A stretch of 64,000 bases of DNA, taken from the IMG/VR virus record IMGVR_UViG_3300021363_000001, positions 13,622-77,621 of that record. One strand, written 5' to 3'. Every line of letters starts with the position of its first letter. Position 1 is the stretch's first letter. Source of the DNA: a virus (Duplodnaviria > Heunggongvirae > Uroviricota > Caudoviricetes). This document shows positions 49,452 through 59,306 of this stretch, piece by piece. Made by a program: the position numbers and the translations under genes. The notes under the pieces are model-generated. The model was given only the letters and a program-made list of their open reading frames with translations. It had not been told where the DNA came from and did not search any database.

Positions 49452-51327
49452 CCATACCAAAAAACCAAAACAAATGAAACAACACATCTTACTATTACTA
49501 ATGCATCCAGCCCTGATTATAGGAATCTGGGTTGGGATTATTTTACTTCTTCTATTGACTGCCAAATCCATTCTTGGAATTGTATTCATCAGAGAGAATG
49601 AAACCGGCATTGTCACAAAAAAGTTTGTCCTGTTCGGGGAGAACAAAAATTTACCCGAAGGAAGAATTATCGCAACTAAAGGCGAGGCCGGCTATCAAGC
49701 GCGCATGCTTCCGCCAGGAGTACATTTCTGGAGATGGTTCTGGCAGTACAAAGTTGACAAGATAAAATTTACTGTGATCGAAGAGGGACAAATGGGGCTG
49801 ATCGAAGCACAAGACGGGAATCCTCTTGATCCAGGACACATCACAGCAAAGACCGTTGAGTGTGATAAGTTCCAGGACGCTGAAACATTTTTAAATAACG
49901 GTGGACAGAAAGGGGTGCAGCGCGCATATCTCACTCCAGGTTTGTACCGAATCAACACAGCGCTCTTTAAGCTAACCATCTGCAGCATCCTTACAGTGCC
50001 AAATGATAAAGTTGGTATTGTAACAATACTTGATGGTAAGCCGCTGGCCAAAGATGAAATTGCAGGCAAGATCATTCCTGAGCATGGCAACTTTCAAAAC
50101 GCAGATGCATTTATTCAAGGCGGCGGTAGCCGTGGCCTGCAAGAGCAAATACTTCTTGCCGGTAAATGGTTTATCAATCCGTGGTTTGCTACAGTACAGG
50201 TAGCTGACATGACAATGATCCCTGTTGGATTTGTCGGTGTTGTGGTTTCGTATGTTGGAGACAGCGGTGTTGATACCAGTGGTGAAACATTCAAGCACGG
50301 CAATATTGTGGATAGGGGCCAGAAGGGTGTGTGGAAGCAAACGCTTGATCCAGGAAAATACGCAATCAACACAGCGATCATGAGCGTAACACCGGTTCCA
50401 ACAACAAACATTGTTTTGAACTGGGCAACAGCGCGCAGTGAAGCACACAAGCTGGATGAAAAACTCTCTACCATAAAGGTGAGATCATCTGACGGCTTCA
50501 CATTCAACATGGATGTGGCGCAGATCATTAACATCTCAAACCTGGCAGCACCAAAAGTGATAGCGCGTTTTGGAAACGTACAGAACCTGGTTTCTCAAGT
50601 GCTGGAGCCTACCATCGGAAACTACTTCCGTAACTCAGCACAGAAATCAGATGTGATTGATTTTTTAAGGGAGCGCAGTATCCGTCAGGACGAGGCAAAA
50701 GCCAGGATCAAAGAAGTGCTTTCGGAATACGATGTGGTTGCTGTTGATACGCTCATTGGTGACATCGTGCCGCCTGATGAGTTAATGAAGACGCTCACTG
50801 ATCGCAAGATCGCAGAACAGCAGAAGCTCACCTTCGAACGCCAGGAGATGGCACAGGTACAGCGTAAAAGTTTTGAAGCAGCAGAAGCCTCAGCCAATAT
50901 GCAAGCTCAGGTTGTTCAGGCTGAGCGTAACGTTGAGATCGCAGAAAAAATTGCTGATGCAAAAATTAAAACAGCCAGTGGTGATGCGAAATCCAAAACA
51001 ATCAATGCCGAAGCTGACGCAACAGTGACAACCACCGTTGCAAAGGCAGATGCCCAGGCAGCACAAGTGAAAGGATTTGCAGCAGCGGAGGTCACACAAA
51101 AAGTTGGTGACGCTGAGGCAAGCGTATTGAAAAAGAAAACTGAAGCTATCGGAGCGTTGCCGTATGCGCAGATGCAGATTGCTGATAGCTTGGCAAAAAA
51201 CAAAATTAAATTAGTCCCTGAAGTTTTAGTCAGTGGTGAGCGCAATAGCAATGGGGTGCTGGATGCGCTATTGGCCACTGAGTTTTTTAAGAGCGCAAGA
51301 ACAGAAGTTAAATCAGACCAAAAATAA
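49444..51327 (+). CDS. SPFH/band-7 flotillin-like membrane protein (YqiK-like)
   Basis: N-terminal TM helices then SPFH-like core; C-terminal Ala/Glu/Gln-rich flotillin-type coiled coil (AEQQKL...AEADATV...AQAAQVKG...). Confidence 0.6.
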   Translation: MNNHTKKPKQMKQHILLLLMHPALIIGIWVGIILLLLLTAKSILGIVFIRENETGIVTKKFVLFGENKNLPEGRIIATKGEAGYQARMLPPGVHFWRWFWQYKVDKIKFTVIEEGQMGLIEAQDGNPLDPGHITAKTVECDKFQDAETFLNNGGQKGVQRAYLTPGLYRINTALFKLTICSILTVPNDKVGIVTILDGKPLAKDEIAGKIIPEHGNFQNADAFIQGGGSRGLQEQILLAGKWFINPWFATVQVADMTMIPVGFVGVVVSYVGDSGVDTSGETFKHGNIVDRGQKGVWKQTLDPGKYAINTAIMSVTPVPTTNIVLNWATARSEAHKLDEKLSTIKVRSSDGFTFNMDVAQIINISNLAAPKVIARFGNVQNLVSQVLEPTIGNYFRNSAQKSDVIDFLRERSIRQDEAKARIKEVLSEYDVVAVDTLIGDIVPPDELMKTLTDRKIAEQQKLTFERQEMAQVQRKSFEAAEASANMQAQVVQAERNVEIAEKIADAKIKTASGDAKSKTINAEADATVTTTVAKADAQAAQVKGFAAAEVTQKVGDAEASVLKKKTEAIGALPYAQMQIADSLAKNKIKLVPEVLVSGERNSNGVLDALLATEFFKSARTEVKSDQK

Positions 51328-51333
51328 TTCATT

Positions 51334-51762
51334 ATGACAACACAACTATTCCCGGATTCAACACCGGGTGAAAGATTCCAGATGCTGCAGGACAACTGCG
51401 TCAATATGGAAGATGCAAAACTCAAGCGCTTCTACAGCGATGAGGAGATGGGCTCTCTAAGAGAGAAAGTCACCAACCAGGCTATCAAGCTCAGTGACCT
51501 GGAGGATCAGATTAAAATCCTTGTCACTCCGCTGAAGGAAGAAATCAAGGTCATCAAACTTGATCAGAAGGTAAATCTCACTCAAGTGAGAATGGGCCAT
51601 GAAGAGATCGCAGTAACACTATATGCTTTCGAAGATCAGGAAGAAGGCATGATGGGCTTCTATGACCAGGACGGTAAGCTGGTGAACATGCGAAAATTAT
51701 ATCCGCACGAACGTCAAACACGCATTGTTGATATGCATCAAGTGAAGGGAGGCGGATTATGA
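51334..51762 (+). CDS. hypothetical protein
   Basis: ORF 142 aa. Confidence 0.35.
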   Translation: MTTQLFPDSTPGERFQMLQDNCVNMEDAKLKRFYSDEEMGSLREKVTNQAIKLSDLEDQIKILVTPLKEEIKVIKLDQKVNLTQVRMGHEEIAVTLYAFEDQEEGMMGFYDQDGKLVNMRKLYPHERQTRIVDMHQVKGGGL

Positions 51763-52463
51763 GCGAACAGGAATTAAAAATCAACGTCACCGCTAATACA
51801 AAAGAGCTGGTGATCCGCAACGGCTCAGCAAAAGAAATATTTGATATAAGCCGGATGCTCATTGATGCTTCTATTAAAGCTCCTGCACAATTTATGGGTG
51901 TTCGCGGAAGTAACAAAGACACAGACCATGTGCTCTTCTCCCGTGGCGCTCAACTCATTGAATATATATTCAATGAACGCTTCCCAGAAGGTGGTTCTAT
52001 TATAGGTCGGCTGAGAATCAATCCAGAACTTGACAGCATTCATATCCTGGACGGACGGTTGTTTGGCACAAAAGAACTGGCTCAGCTGCTCAAGCGCAAC
52101 CGTGTGTTCTTTAAAGATCGTGAAGAGAATGCCAAAATCGTCACGCTGCTCAATAATTTCACTGCAACAATTCAAGCAGAGATAGAAGCCTCCCAGGATA
52201 CTCGCGGCAACAAGAAAAGCATGGTTGACAAGACAGTCAAAACAAACATGCCTACTGAGTTCTCCTTGGAGATGCCGCTATTCATTGGCTTTGAAAAGAA
52301 GAGCTTCCGTGTTGAGATATGCTTTGACTCTACCGATTCATCGGTGCGCTGCTGGATGGAATCACCCGACTTAATTGAGCTGATGATCCTTGAGCGCGAC
52401 AGGATAATTGACGAACAACTAAAACCATTTATCGCTGCCGGACTTGCCGTGATCGAAAAATAA
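51759..52463 (+). CDS. hypothetical protein
   Basis: ORF 234 aa. Confidence 0.4.
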   Translation: MSEQELKINVTANTKELVIRNGSAKEIFDISRMLIDASIKAPAQFMGVRGSNKDTDHVLFSRGAQLIEYIFNERFPEGGSIIGRLRINPELDSIHILDGRLFGTKELAQLLKRNRVFFKDREENAKIVTLLNNFTATIQAEIEASQDTRGNKKSMVDKTVKTNMPTEFSLEMPLFIGFEKKSFRVEICFDSTDSSVRCWMESPDLIELMILERDRIIDEQLKPFIAAGLAVIEK

Positions 52464-52702
52464 TGTTGCTGAGTGACTGCTGCATGAAGCCGGTTCTTAT
52501 TGAAGACATGGGACGTTTGGAGATATTCAGATGCGCGCATTGCTTTCGCAAATGTTTCGTCACAGACCGCAGCAAGTTCAGGCTCCAGGCCATCATTAAT
52601 AAAATGGAAAAATACAAGGCTGAAATAAATTATAAACCAGTTCGGGTGAAACCGTACTCAGAGGATGAGACTGAATTATTCTTTATGAATTATGAGGTTT
52701 GA
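52463..52702 (+). CDS. small Cys-containing protein
   Basis: ORF 79 aa with C..C...C.HC. Confidence 0.3.
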   Translation: MLLSDCCMKPVLIEDMGRLEIFRCAHCFRKCFVTDRSKFRLQAIINKMEKYKAEINYKPVRVKPYSEDETELFFMNYEV

Positions 52703-52898
52703 TTATTTAAAGTTTCATATGCAAGTATCAATAGATCAGAAGTTCAAACACATTTCTACCTACGAACATGGGGGGAAATATTATATATGGATTGAGGGGA
52801 TCACTGTAGAGGTCACGGTGATGGAATATCAACAGATGCGTAGCTTAATAAAACTCGCCAGTGTTCAGGCCGCATCCGAAACCAGAGAGAAAGGTTAA
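52692..52898 (+). CDS. hypothetical small protein
   Basis: ORF 68 aa. Confidence 0.25.
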   Translation: MRFDYLKFHMQVSIDQKFKHISTYEHGGKYYIWIEGITVEVTVMEYQQMRSLIKLASVQAASETREKG

Positions 52899-53117
52899 AC
52901 CTTGGCGAAAGGTCACCGGCGAGTACGCGCTCCCCACTCACTGCTGCAATAACGGGCCTTAACACTGGCTTCACTGGCGCTGCCGGGTCGGCTGGAATGT
53001 TCGGCACGCAAGGAGTTACCGGAAGCAATACAATTACGATGGGTGATTTAATAACCATCACGCCATCGGACAATACGGTAACCAGCAATTATTATTCAGC
53101 AACAGAATTTTTAAGTA

Positions 53118-53543
53118 ATGGATAAAATCATCTGGGAGAAGATGGGATATGTCGAGACTTCGCCAGGAATTTTTGAACGTCCGCTAAAAAAAAATGAACG
53201 CAAGGATTCGCCAATATCAGATCAACCTGTCCAGGCCAGTGCCGTCATTCAAGAATACAAAACGGTGCGCAAGAAACGGAACGCTGTACACGCCAAGGGA
53301 AATAAAAGAAAGGATGCAGGAGATCATATCAAAGCTCAAGCAACCGTCCTGCTTAATTTCCGACTTACAGATAACAGAACACACGACCTGGATGGAATGG
53401 GAGCAGCAATTTTTGATGCTCTTCGCCACGCAGGAGTCATTGCCGAGGACTCTACACGATTTGTGCAAAGAACTGTGTTCAGATTTGAAATAGCACCAGT
53501 ACCAGGAGTAGATATAGTGATTATTGATTATGAGACAATATAA
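53118..53543 (+). CDS. RusA-like Holliday junction resolvase
   Basis: THDLDGMGAAIFDALRHAGVIAEDS matches the RusA D-x-D...DAL catalytic region; 141 aa. Confidence 0.55.
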   Translation: MDKIIWEKMGYVETSPGIFERPLKKNERKDSPISDQPVQASAVIQEYKTVRKKRNAVHAKGNKRKDAGDHIKAQATVLLNFRLTDNRTHDLDGMGAAIFDALRHAGVIAEDSTRFVQRTVFRFEIAPVPGVDIVIIDYETI

Positions 53544-53671
53544 AGGCCACCGCTGGACAGAGGAAAAATTGATAAAGATGCTCAAGATGTGGGCAGAGGA
53601 TGAATCGGTTTTATCTATTGCAGAAAATATTTAAACAAGGAGTGAGTAGGTTAAAATACCCGGTGGTGTAG

Positions 53672-54082
53672 TTGCCATCGGGGTTTATTAAAGAAAAAAA
53701 AGTGAGACCAGATATTAAAATAAAGCAACTTGACATTTTTGCTGACGCTAAAAAAAGACGCGACAGCGGGATCAAGCGTGCCGTAGATCACGCTGACCAG
53801 GTTCATGATAACTGGAGTAATGCAGCGTTCATCTTTTTAAACAAGTTCATGCGAGACCACGCTGAATTCATGACAGAGGATGTGCGTGTTGCGGCCCAGG
53901 GTGTGCTGCCGGAGCCACCTGATCCCAGGGCCTGGGGTGCTGTAATCACCAGGGCTTATCGCTCCGGGCTGATCAAGAGAATTGGGTATGCTCCGGTGAG
54001 ACATTTCAATGCACACATGAGACCGGCTGCTGTCTGGAGTACAAACGTAATTGTAAAGCAAAATGCCGCTAAGATTTATTGA
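53672..54082 (+). CDS. hypothetical protein
   Basis: ORF 136 aa. Confidence 0.35.
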   Translation: MPSGFIKEKKVRPDIKIKQLDIFADAKKRRDSGIKRAVDHADQVHDNWSNAAFIFLNKFMRDHAEFMTEDVRVAAQGVLPEPPDPRAWGAVITRAYRSGLIKRIGYAPVRHFNAHMRPAAVWSTNVIVKQNAAKIY

Positions 54083-54815
54083 TACAGGGTTCTATAAAAA
54101 CCCATTTGTGAGGGGGCTCAAAGGGGCTTACAAGGCCCTCTATCATTTCATCATTACGGATTGTGATAATGCCGGCATTTGGAGCCCAGAGTTCGAAATA
54201 TCAGGCATTTACATAGATCACAAGGTTGATCGCAAAAGCGCGGAAGAAAACTTCAGTGGAAAATTTGTGCCGCTGCCAAATGGCAAATGGTTCTTCCCGG
54301 ACTTCATTCAGTGGCAGTACCCGCAGGGACTCCAAAAAAAGAACCCGGCACACACGAAAGTTATTAAATGCCTTTTGGAGTTAAATTTAATTGATTCGAA
54401 CTTAAAAGTAAGAGGGGCTCCGAAGGAGCTTCAAAGGAGCTTGAAAGCTCCAAAGGATAAGGATAAGGAAGAGGGTAAGGAAGAGGAAAAGGATAAGGGT
54501 ATGGGTAAGGATACTGTGCACCCCCTTCAAAATTGGATCAAGGGAAATTTGCCACAGGTGAGCAAGCTGGACACGCAGTTGACTTTTGCCGAAGCAACAA
54601 AATTAACTCAACAGAATTCTCTTGCGCTGGTTGAAGAAATTCTTGAGGCAATGGAAAACAAAAAAGATTTATTAAAAAAATACAAATCAGTCTACAGAAC
54701 AGTGAATCAGTGGATTAAACTTAGAAAAAATGGAACAAATCAAATCAAGTTTGGATCAAATCAAGTCGCAAGCGCCACAGTCATTGAGCCAGGACGAGAG
54801 TTCGGAAAACTTTGA
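54063..54815 (+). CDS. hypothetical replication-associated protein
   Basis: 250 aa, charged linker, immediately upstream of DnaC-like ATPase. Confidence 0.35.
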   Translation: MPLRFIDTGFYKNPFVRGLKGAYKALYHFIITDCDNAGIWSPEFEISGIYIDHKVDRKSAEENFSGKFVPLPNGKWFFPDFIQWQYPQGLQKKNPAHTKVIKCLLELNLIDSNLKVRGAPKELQRSLKAPKDKDKEEGKEEEKDKGMGKDTVHPLQNWIKGNLPQVSKLDTQLTFAEATKLTQQNSLALVEEILEAMENKKDLLKKYKSVYRTVNQWIKLRKNGTNQIKFGSNQVASATVIEPGREFGKL

Positions 54816-55560
54816 AGGCGTTGAACTTACCGATGCTGAAATTCGCCAAGCCACACAGGAGGCACTGAGCAAGGCCAGGTTCAAAAAATATTCTCAGCAA
54901 CAAAGCGCCAAATATTGGGAACGGTTTAACGCTGAGCGTGTTTACCCAACGTATACAGGCCCTGAGCTTGAGGTGGTAGTGCGCCAAAGATTCTTTGAGC
55001 GCAACCACAGACCCTTCGTTGTTGACCAGGACAACATTGCAATTTTTAATCTGCTGCTCAATTATTTCACCCAAAATAAAAGTTTTGAGCAAGAAGGATA
55101 TTCTCTGAGCAAAGGAATTTTACTATACGGTGATGTTGGAACCGGCAAAACAGAACTTCTCAAGATGTTTGGATTAAACCAGGTTCAATCTTTTGGCCTT
55201 GTGTCCTGCCGAGCCATTACAGACGCTTTTACCGGGGATGGGGATTCGGAGGTGGAAAAGTACTACACCAACCGAAAGAATGCAATCCCGCACGCCTTTG
55301 GCCAGGAATACAGCGGTTATTGCTTTGATGACCTTGGCACGGAAGCGCCAATGGTCATGCATTACGGAAATAAAAAGAACATGATGGCTGAAATTATTCT
55401 AAATCGCTATGATTCAAAAATGGATTACCGGTACACGCACATCACCACAAACTTAACGGTAAAGGAAATTATAGATCGTTACGGTAGCCGCTGTACAGAT
55501 CGCATGCGCGAAATGTTTAATATCATAACCTTTCCGTCAGGAGCAAAAAGCAGAAGATAA
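54730..55560 (+). CDS. DnaC/IstB-like AAA+ helicase loader
   Basis: Walker A LLYGDVGTGKTELL and downstream Walker B-like DD; 276 aa (true start may be internal). Confidence 0.5.
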   Translation: MEQIKSSLDQIKSQAPQSLSQDESSENFEGVELTDAEIRQATQEALSKARFKKYSQQQSAKYWERFNAERVYPTYTGPELEVVVRQRFFERNHRPFVVDQDNIAIFNLLLNYFTQNKSFEQEGYSLSKGILLYGDVGTGKTELLKMFGLNQVQSFGLVSCRAITDAFTGDGDSEVEKYYTNRKNAIPHAFGQEYSGYCFDDLGTEAPMVMHYGNKKNMMAEIILNRYDSKMDYRYTHITTNLTVKEIIDRYGSRCTDRMREMFNIITFPSGAKSRR

Positions 55561-55854
55561 ATGGAAAATAAAGAAGAATTATGGCGTGTTCTCAACGGAG
55601 AAGTTAATATTCAAGAACGCTTAAAAATTTTAGGGGTTGAGCAAATTCCATTAGAAATTGACTTTCAAGATGCACATATCATAGAATTTGTATTGAGAAA
55701 AGTAGCATATGAAAAACTTTTAAAGATGGGCGAAATTTCTGATAGTGAAATCTTCAGCATAGGAGGCCATACCCCTGCAGTGCATGGAGACTTTGGCTTT
55801 AAAGGCGAAAGTGTTTACCGTTTCACACATGGGGAATGGAAGTTTGCATATTAA
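55561..55854 (+). CDS. hypothetical protein
   Basis: ORF 97 aa. Confidence 0.35.
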   Translation: MENKEELWRVLNGEVNIQERLKILGVEQIPLEIDFQDAHIIEFVLRKVAYEKLLKMGEISDSEIFSIGGHTPAVHGDFGFKGESVYRFTHGEWKFAY

Positions 55855-55910
55855 AAATCTTACATTTGCACCCGCCAGTCATTCTTCATAGATCGGCTTA
55901 TTAGTGTTTC

Positions 55911-55943
55911 AAGGCGTCCCTCATCAGGACGCTTTGTTTTTTT
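55911..55943 (+). terminator. rho-independent terminator
   Basis: Hairpin ggcgtcc-ctcatca-ggacgc followed by tttgttttttt. Confidence 0.55.
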
Positions 55944-56023
55944 AGATATATCTTTCATGTATTGTAATTAATAATTAGTTTGTATTATTGCACAGTACAA
56001 AATAATACATTCTTCCCCACAAG

Positions 56024-56608
56024 ATGAATCAATTCGAATTGTCAGTTGTGATTTCACAAATGATTGTTGTCGGTGTAGTTGCCATTGGAGCGCTATTGCG
56101 CCTGTATCTGGCCAGGAATGAAAGATGGTATCAGCTACAGGTGCAGAAAAAAATGAATGTCATTAGGGTCATATTAGAATATTGTTATTTCATTTTTGTT
56201 ATTGGAAATGTTTTAACCAACGCTCAGGCATATTACCTCAGTGGTAGTACATTTGATTTATTGCTGATCGGAGTCAATCTTTTTATTATCGTTTTCTGGA
56301 TTCACATTGGCTTTATGCGGCCTTGGGAGCACATCAGAATAAAGCCATTTGAATACAAGGCCAAGCGGTATAATATCATGGTGGTTTCACGCATGCGCGA
56401 CATACCACGCAGGATTGATCTCTCGCTGTATCCAGGTGACATGCGCATGCATTACTGCGATGACTGCGGAGCCAGGGTTGTATTTGATAATGTTGACTAT
56501 GATAATTTCGTTGCAAAGGCAAACTTTGAAAACCACTTACGCATGATATGTACAAAATGTGTTAGTACAAAAAGCATCTATAGAAAAATAGCTATTCAGT
56601 CTAATTAA
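56024..56608 (+). CDS. integral membrane protein with C-terminal Cys cluster
   Basis: 194 aa; four predicted TM helices then CDDCG...CTKC. Confidence 0.45.
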   Translation: MNQFELSVVISQMIVVGVVAIGALLRLYLARNERWYQLQVQKKMNVIRVILEYCYFIFVIGNVLTNAQAYYLSGSTFDLLLIGVNLFIIVFWIHIGFMRPWEHIRIKPFEYKAKRYNIMVVSRMRDIPRRIDLSLYPGDMRMHYCDDCGARVVFDNVDYDNFVAKANFENHLRMICTKCVSTKSIYRKIAIQSN

Positions 56609-56628
56609 TAATTTTAAAAACCAATATT

Positions 56629-57279
56629 ATGAATCAACAAGAAAATGAATTAACCTACACGCACGTAGATGAAGCGGAAGCTCCTGGTGAGACTATACGT
56701 AAAGCCTGGACTCAGGAAGAACTAGCTGATCTCAAGCGAGTATTAGAAAACAATCCAGATGACACCAATGCTGCCATTCAGATTCACGCGCGTAATTATG
56801 CTCGTAAACCAGAGACCGTATTTTCAAAGGCGCACAACATGAGGCACCTGGCAAAAAAGAAAAAGGAGAAAAAGAAACTGGCGAAGGTTCCCAGTAAGCG
56901 GACGATTGTAAGAAAAAAAAATATTCAAGTACCGTATACGCATCAAGAGGAGGTGGAAATATTAGAAACTTTGAGAGATACCACCTCACGGAAAAAGGAC
57001 TTGAAGATGCTGAGTAAAAAACTGGGCCGCAATGAAGCATCTATTGCATCTAAATATCATGTGCTAAAATATCATGGATATAAAGCTGTGCCTACATCCG
57101 TACCGAGAGAGCTGGACGCTAAAGTGCGCAATGCCATTATGAATTCTACGCCTGTTGCACATCCAATGTCTACCAAAGTAAAAGTTGACGTGGATGACTC
57201 TGGCGTTACCATTACCTACAACCCGGAGATGTTCAACTTCTCCTTCCAGGAGGGACTTATTAAAGTAATCCGAAAGTAG
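56629..57279 (+). CDS. hypothetical protein
   Basis: ORF 216 aa, Lys-rich middle. Confidence 0.4.
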   Translation: MNQQENELTYTHVDEAEAPGETIRKAWTQEELADLKRVLENNPDDTNAAIQIHARNYARKPETVFSKAHNMRHLAKKKKEKKKLAKVPSKRTIVRKKNIQVPYTHQEEVEILETLRDTTSRKKDLKMLSKKLGRNEASIASKYHVLKYHGYKAVPTSVPRELDAKVRNAIMNSTPVAHPMSTKVKVDVDDSGVTITYNPEMFNFSFQEGLIKVIRK

Positions 57280-57291
57280 TAACAACCGGAC

Positions 57292-57327
57292 AAAAAAAAG
57301 GGAGCTTATTCAGCTCCCTTTTTTTTT
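57292..57327. terminator. bidirectional terminator between convergent genes
   Basis: A8-gggagcttattcagctccc-T9. Confidence 0.65.
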
Positions 57328-57337
57328 GGTAAAATCA

Positions 57338-57712
57338 CTACTTGGCTTTAATTAATTTGAACCACAGCTTTTCTTCCTGGACAACTCCTTCGCCTAAATA
57401 GTATTTTCCGACTTCAAGTCCGTCTTGGCGTAACTTTTTTGGAATAGAACACTGGTATGCTGGGAATTTCGGATCGGTGGCATCTGCTAGGCGTAATGGA
57501 ATTGTGTACTTATCCTCTATAGCAGGGTCAGAAAAGCAAATAACAAATTGATAAGTGTCTTCATTCATATTAATTTCCAGACCAGCTTTATCGGTGATAC
57601 CGACATGCTTTGCTGCAAATCGAGAGACGTTCAGTACATTTGGCCCAACACGTATATAAGGAGCTTGATTATTTTGGGTACCACTTTTCTTGATTACTTT
57701 TTTTAATTTCAT
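57338..57712 (-). CDS. hypothetical early protein
   Basis: ORF 124 aa, last gene of minus-strand early operon. Confidence 0.4.
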   Translation of the reverse strand: MKLKKVIKKSGTQNNQAPYIRVGPNVLNVSRFAAKHVGITDKAGLEINMNEDTYQFVICFSDPAIEDKYTIPLRLADATDPKFPAYQCSIPKKLRQDGLEVGKYYLGEGVVQEEKLWFKLIKAK

Positions 57713-58203
57713 GCTTCGGGTGCTTTTTTGTTGCGCGTAAATGGCCTAGTTTCTTTTTGTAGCGATGGCTTTAGAAGATCAACCCCATCGTTTAGAATTT
57801 TTTCAATTACATAGTGACCTCTCTGATGTTCAATACAGAATTCTTTACAATTTATACTCAGTGATTTCTGTAATTGGCTGCTTTTTTTATTAATAGCGAA
57901 AGACTGTTCGTCTTTTGTTAATTCTATTACCCAGTTATTGGGGGCTGCCTCATCTTCAATTTCGTGTAATAGAACAGGATCGCCTTCTTTGATATTAAAT
58001 AGTTCACACGCTAATTGATTAAATGATATTTGTGATCCAGATAATGAAAGCATTGGCATTACTGCTGATCGGCGAGAGCTTTCATAGGTTTTGCGGAGAT
58101 ATTTTTTTAGCTTCATAAATTTTGGTTTAGTGTTTAAATAACTTATTGAAAATTGACTTATTCTCTTTATCAATGTAATGATGCTGCTCAATAACCTTCT
58201 CAA
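57709..58203 (-). CDS. hypothetical early protein
   Basis: ORF 164 aa. Confidence 0.4.
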   Translation of the reverse strand: MRRLLSSIITLIKRISQFSISYLNTKPKFMKLKKYLRKTYESSRRSAVMPMLSLSGSQISFNQLACELFNIKEGDPVLLHEIEDEAAPNNWVIELTKDEQSFAINKKSSQLQKSLSINCKEFCIEHQRGHYVIEKILNDGVDLLKPSLQKETRPFTRNKKAPEA

Positions 58204-58227
58204 CCTCCACCGTAACCACTCCTGGGG

Positions 58228-58956
58228 CTACAGGCGCAGGGAGTAGCGATATGGCATCTTCTGCCATAGAGGATAAGTTCGTTGTAAATAGGTGTGTAAT
58301 GCGTGATTTACAGCTACAACAATTTGAGGAACCATTGCTTTAAGTATAGCTTCGATCTTACTGTAGTCAATCTCTGGTACAGGTAGTAGATTGGGTCTAC
58401 TGGAAACAACACTCACGGTTTGTTTTACAATATCTTCAATTTTAGTGTAGTCAATTTTTTCTGGTTCCGGTAAATGATATTTAAGTGTTTCCAAAAACTC
58501 ATTCATATTGAATCCAATAGGCGCAATAGGATCAATAACCACCAACTGCTTTTCTTTTTTCTGGTTTTCATGATGCGTAATATCTTCCAACAGCTTTTCA
58601 ACCATCTTCATATTAGGATCAATAGTGTTCCAGTAGTACTGTCGTTTGGTTGAACCGTGCGACATTTCAGTTAGCATGTGCCGTTCAATAAGAATCTTTG
58701 TAGCCAAGGGAGAAACACGATGCTTACTTTTTAACTCAGCAAGTATCAATACTCCCGGCACAGTTGGTGTTTTTGTTTTCTCCTGCAACTCTTTTAAGAA
58801 TGCCAAATAGCGGTGATGCTTTGTCTTGTATTTATCGGTGTACTGAATAGAGTTCAATACTGGTGTCAACTCATCCATAGATGAATATGTATCTTCTCTG
58901 CTTTTGCGCTGCACGGTAAGTCGTGGATAACGCTTTAATTTTAATTCTCCCATCAT
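58228..58956 (-). CDS. hypothetical early protein
   Basis: ORF 242 aa. Confidence 0.45.
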   Translation of the reverse strand: MMGELKLKRYPRLTVQRKSREDTYSSMDELTPVLNSIQYTDKYKTKHHRYLAFLKELQEKTKTPTVPGVLILAELKSKHRVSPLATKILIERHMLTEMSHGSTKRQYYWNTIDPNMKMVEKLLEDITHHENQKKEKQLVVIDPIAPIGFNMNEFLETLKYHLPEPEKIDYTKIEDIVKQTVSVVSSRPNLLPVPEIDYSKIEAILKAMVPQIVVAVNHALHTYLQRTYPLWQKMPYRYSLRL

Positions 58957-59244
58957 TTAAGGTTTATAAACATTTGATTTATTAAATTCGATCCAGTCAT
59001 GTAATTCATCAAACAGACGTTGCAGTGAAAAAAAATAGCGCGGGAATCCATCAGCACCATCTATGGTCATGATGGGTTCTTTCCCGCGCATAGTTTCAAC
59101 TAGGACTCCGTAGTGTCCCCGATCACAGTAGCCAGGACGCTTGGTTATTGTTATCAGGACGTTTGGCATTTCAATATCCAGCCATGATTCGCGCTGGATG
59201 CAACTCAGTCCGTAGGTGTTTATTCCAGTAAGATCAATGCCCAT
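58957..59244 (-). CDS. hypothetical early protein
   Basis: ORF 95 aa. Confidence 0.35.
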   Translation of the reverse strand: MGIDLTGINTYGLSCIQRESWLDIEMPNVLITITKRPGYCDRGHYGVLVETMRGKEPIMTIDGADGFPRYFFSLQRLFDELHDWIEFNKSNVYKP

Positions 59245-59306
59245 GAAGGCAAAAGTAATAGTTTATATTTAATTATCAAAGTTAATCATATTAGTACAAC
59301 TTTGCT

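Noticed and set aside
52813-53088. 91-aa minus-strand ORF over the GC-rich island
   Set aside because: Pro/Val-rich translation antisense to the collagen-like G-X-Y frame, with no start context. It is treated as an artefact of the GC-rich patch.
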